DNA of 64,000 nt from the NCBI RefSeq assembly GCF_006345805.1, contig NC_043021.1, forward strand, positions 27,032,001 to 27,096,000. The letters are read 5' to 3'. The stretch comes from Octopus sinensis. Lineage: Eukaryota. This document shows, piece after piece, positions 55,853 through 64,000 of the stretch. The notes below the pieces were generated by a model. That model saw only the letters and a program-made list of their open reading frames with translations, made no database searches and had not been told where the DNA came from. Made by a program: the position numbers and the translations under genes. The number at the start of each line of letters is the position of its first letter. The first letter of the stretch is position 1.

Positions 55853-56480
55853 AAGAAGAGAAGAAATATTTGAAGAAGAGGGCAGAGGAAATTAAAGAGA
55901 CAAGAAATAGAGATGAAAATAAGGTATAATAAGGAACAGAAGAGATGAGTAGATCGTAGAAGTGAACAGAAGATTACAAGAAAGAATAAAGAAGGGGAAA
56001 AGGGGAAGAGGAAGAGTAAAGAGTAGGAAAACTAAAAGATTGTGGTAGTTGCGATTGTTGCTGTTTCGCTGGGGAAATTGCAGAGGTTGAAAATAAGAAG
56101 TGAGCAAGATAATTGAGGAAAATAGAAGTTATTTAGGAAAATGTTCTCAATACACAAAAGATTTCCATGTTTTTCGTTTGTATTTTCTTTTTCGTTACAT
56201 TCTCCCGAAGGAAGAACTTGGCCGCCATTACTTTTGATGGTGGTGATGGTGGAGAATCATTTTTCACTATAATCATTGCAACCATGTTGAAAACAATTTC
56301 TACCTTTATGTCAGAAGCGAGTAACATATAATATATGTCTTCCCATTTAGGGGAAGACGTAATAATGAAAGTACAATTGTGGCAATATAAATACAACAAA
56401 TGTAAAAGTGGTTAAGGAAAACAACACTACCAACGACAGAATTAAATTCCATACCAAATAAAACAAAAACTGCTTCAATA

Positions 56481-56669
56481 GGCGCAGGAGTGGCTGTGTG
56501 GTAAGTAGCTTGTTTACAAACCACATGGTTCTGGGTTCAGTCCCACTGCGTGGCACCTTGGGCAAGTGTCTTCTACTATAGCCTCGGGCACACCAAAGCC
56601 TTGTGAGTGGATTTGGTAGACGGAAACTGAAAGAAGCCCGTTGTATATATGTATTTATATATATATATG

Positions 56670-56702
<33 letters not shown>

Positions 56703-56902
56703 TTGTGTGTCTGTGTTTGTCCCCCTAGCATTGCTTGACAACCGATGCTGGTGTGTTTATGTCCCCGTCACTTAGCGGTTCGGCAAAAGAGACCGATAGA
56801 ATAAGTGCTGGGCTTACAAAGAATAAGTCCCAGGGTCGAGTTGCTCGATTAAAGGCGGTGCTCCAGCATGGCCGCAGTCAAATGACTGAAACAAGTAAAA
56901 GA

Positions 56903-56905
<3 letters not shown>
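56481..56905 (+). mobile_element. Full-length tRNA-headed SINE family A (reference copy)
   Basis: ggcgcaggagtggctgtgtggtaag..ggttcagtccc head, internal (TA)(TG) tract, tail ggcggtgctccagcatggccgcagtcaaatgactgaaac; more than ten relatives in the window. Confidence 0.9.
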
Positions 56906-56937
<32 letters not shown>

Positions 56938-57029
56938 ATACATTGAGTGATAAAGCATAACAACGACAACAATAATAATGACAATGCAAATGATAATGAC
57001 TTTCAACAGATATATTTCAACGGTTATAT

Positions 57030-57655
57030 ATTTACGGGAAGGGTATAGTCATTTATATCGATTCCCCTGTAATTTACTGGTACTTAATTTTATTATTGTC
57101 GAAGCTTGAATGGCAAAGTTAACCTCAGCAGGATTTGAACTCAGAAATTAAAGAGCCAGAATGTATTTATTCCTGACGCTGTAACAACTCTGCTACTTCA
57201 CCATCCTAAACAGCAATAATAATAAATACCCCTTTCTACTATAGGTGCAAAGTCTGAAATGTTGGATGGTAGGGGGCTGGTCGATTTCATCGACCTCAGT
57301 GCTCGACTGGCCTTTATTTCATCGGTCAGCAGAAGAAGGAACAGCAAAATCGGCCCTGGCGAGATTTGAACCTAGAAAGTGAAGAGCAACAAGAAATACC
57401 GCAGGTATTTTTTCGGGCCCTGTAACAATTTTGTCATTCCATCACACTAGACAGCAATAATCCTTTCTACTATATGCAGAAGGGCTGAGATTTGGGGGAG
57501 GGGCATAGTCGGTTACATCGACCCCAGTACTCAACTGGTATTTAATTTGTCGACCCCGAAAGGATGAAAGGCAAAAGTCGACCTTAGCGGAATTTGAACT
57601 CAGAACATAGCAGCAGTCGAAATACCGCTAAGCATTTCGCCAGGCGTGCTAACCT
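57030..57655 (-). mobile_element. Three tandem SINE family B units
   Basis: Recurring tcgac..cagtactc..actggta..ggcaaagt..atttgaactcagaa. Confidence 0.7.
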
Positions 57656-57679
57656 ATCTATCTACATATATATACGTTT

Positions 57680-58035
57680 ATGTATTTGTTTTGCAAGTTT
57701 CCTGATGTGAAATCGTATGTTGAAATAGATATTGCTATATTTTGGGATGGTTATATTTTTGTCTTTTTTTTTGCCAAATAAACACAGGCACTTCTATATT
57801 CGTTCTTCACTTCAGCTCAATTATTGCTCGTTTTTTATAGAATAGACTAAACAGAACAGGAGGAGATATTTCGGACGGAGAGTCGCTGAAGAGGAGGCAG
57901 AATGTGTGACGAGAGGTTTCAGACAAGGGACACTAAAATAAGAACAGAAATAAAACTGAAGGGAAGAACGAATTCATAGAGCATGTGTTTATTTGGCTAA
58001 ACAAAAACAGTATGACAATCCCGAAATATAGAATA
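57680..58035. mobile_element. Diverged MITE-like inverted-repeat element with ~140-bp spacer
   Basis: 57730-57815 pairs with 57956-58035; outer part tttgcaag..atgtga..tcgt.tgttgaa..atatt resembles 12334-12375. Confidence 0.6.
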
Positions 58036-58070
58036 TAATAACATACATTCATACATAATGCATACACATG

Positions 58071-58113
<43 letters not shown>

Positions 58114-58513
58114 GTGTGCGTGTGTGTGTGCGTGTATATGTAAATGGGGATTTTTCACGCTTGGAACACCTTTGATCATAGTTCTTGTCGATAAAGGTTG
58201 AGCACCTGCAATAACGATTACAATAATCATATTTTCATAACTGGCCATTAATACAAAAGCAGACGCAGTGGAATTCATTTTGAAGCACTAACCATTCTCT
58301 TTGAGCAAAATATAAAAACAAACAGCGTTTCTAGGAAATACAGGAAACGGAAGTCAAACTCTTTAGTAATTGTGTCTACACTTTCAGCTTAACGAACAAT
58401 TTCTCTCAGTTATCCAATAACAGTTATCTTCATCTGTCTCTTTCCCTCTCTTTCTCTCTCCCTTCTTGCCATAACTCGCTCTCCACGTCTCGGCTACTTT
58501 CTCCTTGGTCACC

Positions 58514-58557
<44 letters not shown>

Positions 58558-58916
58558 CTCCTCCCCCTCCTCCTCCCCTCCTCCTCCTCCATCTCTTCCT
58601 CATTCTGTTTCAACCTCCTCCGCCTCCGCTTCTACTTTCTCTTCTGCCTCCTCCATCCCCTCCACTTCCGCCGCATCTTCCTCCTTCAACTCCTCCCTTT
58701 CCGTCTCTTTCTCTGTTATAGAAATGGGTTGCAAACTTTGGTTCTGAAAATTAAGATACTAGGTGGACAATGTTCTATGTAGGTTAGGGTAGTGGTGGTG
58801 GTGGTGGGGAAATGATGGCATTGGTGGTCGTCACGGCGACGGTGCTGACAGTAGTAGTAGTAGTGGTGGTCGTTGTGGTGAAGGGATTAATGGTGGCATG
58901 ATCGTGTGTTAAGATT

Positions 58917-59310
58917 GGCAGGAGCTGGCAGAAACGTTAGCACGCCGGGCGAAATGCTGAGCGGTATTTCGTCTGTCGCTACGTTCTGAGTTCAAATTCC
59001 GCCGAGGTCGACTTTGCCTTTCATCCATTCGGAGTCGATTAAATAAGTACCAGTTACGCACTGGGGTCGATATAATCGACTTAATACCTATGCCTGTCCT
59101 TGTTTGTCCCTTCTGTGTTTAGCCCCTTGTGGGTAATAAAGAAATAGGTATTTCGTCTGTCGCTACGTTCTGAGTTCAAAATCTGCCGAAGTCGACTTTG
59201 CCTTTCATTCTTTCGGGGTCGATAAATTAAGTACCAGTTGCGTACCGGGTCAATCTAATCGACTGCCCCTTCCTCCAGAACTTCGTGCTTTGTGCCTAGA
59301 GTAGAATAAA
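58917..59310 (+). mobile_element. SINE family B with internal duplication
   Basis: ggtatttcgtctgtcgctacgttctgagttcaaa..gtcgactttgcctttcat occurs at ~58963 and ~59147. Confidence 0.8.
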
Positions 59311-59899
59311 AAAAGAAAAAAAAGATTGGCAGTGGTGGTAGTGGTGGTAGTGGTGGTGGTAGTAATGCAGGCGATAGGGGTGGTTGTAAGAATGGTTGTA
59401 AAAGTTGTGGTGGCCATATTAGTGATTGTGTCAGTTGTGGACGTGGTGGTCATAGTGTTGGTGATAGCGATAGCGTTTCGAATCTCGATCGACACCAGCA
59501 CCACCACCACCACCATCATCATCGTCGTCATCGTCATCATCATTATCATCATCATTGGCATCATCGTCGTCGTCATCGTTGTCATTATCATTCATGCATT
59601 CATACATAATGGTGACCGTTGTGGTTAATCCGATATTCGGACGCCTATATTACTGCTTATATGAAGACACCATACCCAATACCGGATTTGGTAAGATTGT
59701 ATGCGAATATTTGTACGTAAGTGTTTTAAAGATTACATGTATTACAGCATGTCTATATAAACGTTACATATGTTTTAACATAGTCATACAAACATAACAC
59801 TCAAATGTTACAAACATAAAGAAGTAAGCCAAGTAACGTTTCAAAACAACTCACGAAACAAAAGAAAAAAGAAAGAAAGAAAGAAAAGAAGAAAGAAAA

Positions 59900-62800
59900 G
59901 GACACTCATTATGTACGTCTAAATACAATTGTAGAATTTAAAACAACCTCAAGGGAAAGATTACCCAAGCTGTGAACAACTTCAAATTCCATTCTGACAA
60001 AACATTATGGAAACATTTAAAGGAGTTCATTGTCTACTTTGAAAAAATAATACAAATATCATGGCTGAACGTATGAGTTTTCTTTGACCACATTGGGACT
60101 ACAATTACTTTAAAAATGGAGTACGATCTTGTCAAAGATTTATTGGAAGCACATATAGAGTCTATCTCCAAAATTTTGCTTTTATGCAAAGGCTAAAATA
60201 TTTGTGGAACACCAAACACCTAGAATTAGATTTTCCTTCCAAAGATTTAAATGGACAAGCAGAACGTATCATTATATGTGAATTGATACTGCTAACGGAA
60301 ATGTCTGATCCAAAGCAGGGTGGTACTATAAAGCCAACCATTAAAGATAATCACTTCACTTCCACTGATAAATAGACAGAATGGCCAGGGAAATCTTGTT
60401 TAAAAACAACACATCAAAAATTTAACTGAAATCCTTATCTATAATGTACTAACAGAAGAACATCAAAAGCTTGTGGACGCCTTATCTAGGTTGATATGCT
60501 TCGACAAGTCTACAACCTTAATTTGAATGACAAACCGTACAACACCAGTATAAATAAAGAACCCAGTAACTTAGAATTAAAGGCAGTAAATGAAATAACA
60601 AACAAATATCTAAAGACCACACAATCTAGAAGTGTATGAAAACAACCTACGAAATCATAAACCTTTTGATAGATGTCTCAGCTATTACATCACTAGTGTA
60701 TCACAGAGCTGAAGTCACGCATTCGAGATAACAAGTAGAAAGCCTTAAAAAACATGGGCATGTAATTTAAAAACTAAAATTTGACTCCAGAGAAACAGTG
60801 CCTCACAGATCGTTTTGGTTATGAAATGTAACACAGTGAACAACTTTACACATCAAGATCTCAGAAAAGAAAAGAAAAAGGTGGAGAGGCGATTTGGTGA
60901 TAGAGGATTCAAAAACCTAAACCCCAAACTGCACTATCTGAAACAATAACTCATAGCTACAACTGAAAAACTAAAATATAAATCTGCAGCATATAAACAG
61001 TAAATGCCCAATAAATTATCTGCCGGAGATCCCAAGTCAGTGCTTCGCAGCTGCAATGAAGAAAGCTGAATCCCTGTAAAAGGTACCTCAGCACATGATC
61101 AGCTTTAGGGCTTCTGGAGATTTGTAAGGGAAAAACTGATAAATTCAACAAACAAGCTGTATGGCTAAAGAAACTGGAGCAGGGCTACTGCCAGCATGCC
61201 CAGCAAAATTAATATGATAATAGACAGCGAAATACTGGAAGCAATCCTACAAAAAATGTCAAACAGGAAATCCCCGAGTTCAGACCTCGTACCAGTTTAT
61301 TGATTGAAGAATTGCACCTTCTATCGGTGGGATCTCACGAGGTTGTATGGAGAAAGTATCAAGCGCATACAACAATTGCCCAAATAGTTATCAACTGCAA
61401 CTACTCTCCTCATACCTCAAAATAACCAAACCACCCTTGCTAAAAATTAACGCCCAATAGTCGGCCAGAACATCATGTACAAATCATACACCAAGTTCCT
61501 CAATCTATCCTTGCATGATCCTTATGCTACCAACATTATAGCACCTGAATAAACTGGAGGAAAGATGTGAGGCTGTATACAACAGCTACTGTTATACCTG
61601 CTCAAGAAACATAATGGCCATAGAAATGGATCCAAAATTATCTCCCATCTTTCCTTTATCAACTACCTGAATCTGTATAGGCCAACTATCAACCATATGA
61701 AAAAGCAATTGGACTTCATTACACAATTTTTTAAAGACATTGGAATGAAATTTGGTGCATTTTGGGCAATGAAACGTAGAAAAGTTGTGCCCTCTTCTGA
61801 AAACCTAAAAATGAATGGCTTGAAAAAACAACCTCTACAGTCAGATGACAATTACAGGCATCTCGGACAGGATGAGTATGTCAAATATGGTGGATGGACT
61901 TATAAATAAAGGACCAGGAATGAATACCCCTGGTGAGTAAAGAGAAATTGGTCATCAGAACGCTCAGCTTGCAACAAGAATATCGTCTACAACACCTTTG
62001 CAGTGCCTGTCCTCAAGCTTCGTTTGGAATTTTGAACTGGACACTACAAAAGATGAATGAGATAGATGTTCGTACACACAAGTTGCTCAGTATTCCAGGA
62101 GACTTTAACATAAATGGAGATGTAGTCAGGCTCTACTTCTCACACCAGGGATGGTGGCCGTGGACTCAATCCCGTAATTATAACATGTGAAGCGTATATT
62201 GTGACACTGAAAGAAACATGTGTAGCAAAGGAGAGAGACTAGTAACTGTCTTGCCCAAGTCTGGGACATTGAAATCGACAACATAATTAGGATAGCTAAT
62301 GAACACGAGGAGAGGCATGAAATAAGAACTGATATAGATCTCACCCCAAAGAGCGTTGGTAAAACATTTATCAGAACAACAGAATAAAAAATGGACCATT
62401 TCACCAAGAAGATAATACTTGGGTACTTGGCGCATAAAACACAAACCATAGAAGGGATTGGTCATGTCAAAAGCTTAGTTTGGAGTACCGACAAGTATAT
62501 GACATCACAGTTTGAAAGCTACCTCCATGCAGCCCAAGAACAGGAAATCCCAATAAAGTACCGACAGCATAAGAGGCGGAAAACATTGATAAGCAACAAA
62601 CGCTGAGCGTGCAAGTCCCAAACTGAAGACATCAACCACAGTATTGCTAATTGCGAGAGAATGTCTTCCAGATATTATCTTGCCACGTGACACGAGGCAG
62701 TCGCTAGAATAGCCTGGAATAGGAAAACAAAGAAAGAAAAAGAAAACATCTACAGTATTCAAGATACACTTTCAGCATCATGCTTATTATCATTGGAGCA

Positions 62801-62930
62801 ATAGGATACGCACCAACCCGTCTGGAGCAAAGTGTGGTGGAACTTGAGTTCTTGGGGAGAGAACCTAAATACTTTAGTCAACAAATGACCACAATATCTG
62901 GGAAGATAAAAATCTGAAAGATTTGGAGGA
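59900..62930 (+). mobile_element. Old, heavily decayed R4/Dong-like LINE
   Basis: Remnants: KSPSSDLVPVY*LK, RPIVGQNIMYKSYT, FFKDIGMKFG, NYRHLG, QFESYLHAAQEQEI; left boundary uncertain. Confidence 0.65.
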
Positions 62931-63244
62931 TGATAAATAAAGCAAGATTTTTTCCTACACAACCTTGCTACCAAACAGATGATCGGCCAAAATTTATTTC
63001 AAAGTAGAGAAAGAGAACGCACACACACACACACACAAACATATACGCGCGCACACATATATACATATGAGCCAATGTCATGAATTTCGATAATTTATGA
63101 ATACATAGTTCATTGCACTCTCCGCATAATTCAGAAAAAGTAAGCAACGACCTAACAAAACCTGCTTGAGGAAAAGAGAGATAATTTCTAGAAACTTAGA
63201 ATTATTTCCCGAGTGAATTTAAATTCTTAGGGAAATGAGAGTCT

Positions 63245-63325
63245 GATCTTTCTGTGCTTTCTTTGCAATCGAAGGAAAAGCATAGACACATGTTTCGGTT
63301 TATTTTACCTCCTCAGTTTAAGGAA
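63245..63325 (-). ncRNA. Degenerate minimal hammerhead (Penelope-type)
   Basis: Minus strand CTGAGGA-GGT aaaataa ACC-GAAA-catgtgtc; stem I weak. Confidence 0.4.
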
Positions 63326-64000
63326 ATCTAATTGAAACCTGAAAATTATTGCGATAGATTTCTACATGCAGCAAAATAATTTCGTATAATTTTGGTTAGA
63401 ATACTCCGTTTCTTTTTCGTGTTTAATTTTAAATTTTAGACATAAACGTAGAAAACTATTGTTCAAATTGTGTTATTAATCACACTTATGCATAATAACA
63501 AATTGATAACACACGTGTGTAAGAAATTATGAATAGCACTTTGCATGACGCTCGAAATTGTTCCAAAACCTTGAATTAAATTTTGTAAGAGTCTTTGTCG
63601 CACCTGGATACACTTTGCGAAACTATTGGTTTAATCTATATTCAAATTTCTGTGTTTAATTACAATTGCGGATGAAACTCCAAGGACTCAGGTTTTGGTT
63701 TTTAAAAAATCATTTAAATTGTATTCTTTTTTTCCTGCTTTAGGCATTGGACTGCGACCATGCTGGAGTATTGACTTATAGGGTTAGTGGAACAAATCGA
63801 TAGCTTCACCCAGATGTGAGAAGGGCAGCAGCTGAACAGCAATCTTTTTTGTGCATGGCACAAAAAATTGTTCAGCAGCTGACCTGGCTACAAGCACAAA
63901 GCTGGAACTACCACCACATAAGGCCACCACCAACAGATGTAGGATGGCCACCACAGACACCAACACCAACACACACACCACAAAAATATTTCTACTGAAC

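Overview
Eukaryotic, AT-rich, microsatellite-dense genomic DNA. The SINE families and repeat landscape suggest a cephalopod, probably Octopus (inferred, not tested). I see no intact host protein-coding gene. The window is a mosaic of: R4/Dong-like REL-endonuclease LINEs bounded by (TAA)n; Tx1/L1-like LINEs bounded by (TATC)n; CR1-like LINEs; Penelope-like relics (RT, GIY-YIG, hammerhead motifs, inverted ends); Tc1 and maT-like transposase relics; and many tRNA-headed SINEs. The most notable feature is at 40645-41980, where near-identical ~375 bp inverted arms enclose an intronless 5' fragment of LIS1/PAFAH1B1 (strong Kozak ATG, 91 open codons, LisH plus coiled coil). The arm supplies the stop codon, and an empty fold-back relative of the arm lies at 12376-12627. 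Also notable: about ten fold-back elements, two well-formed type I hammerhead ribozymes, a 35x42-bp array at a hairpin whose paralog has one unit, and a SINE/LINE pair sharing a 3' tail.
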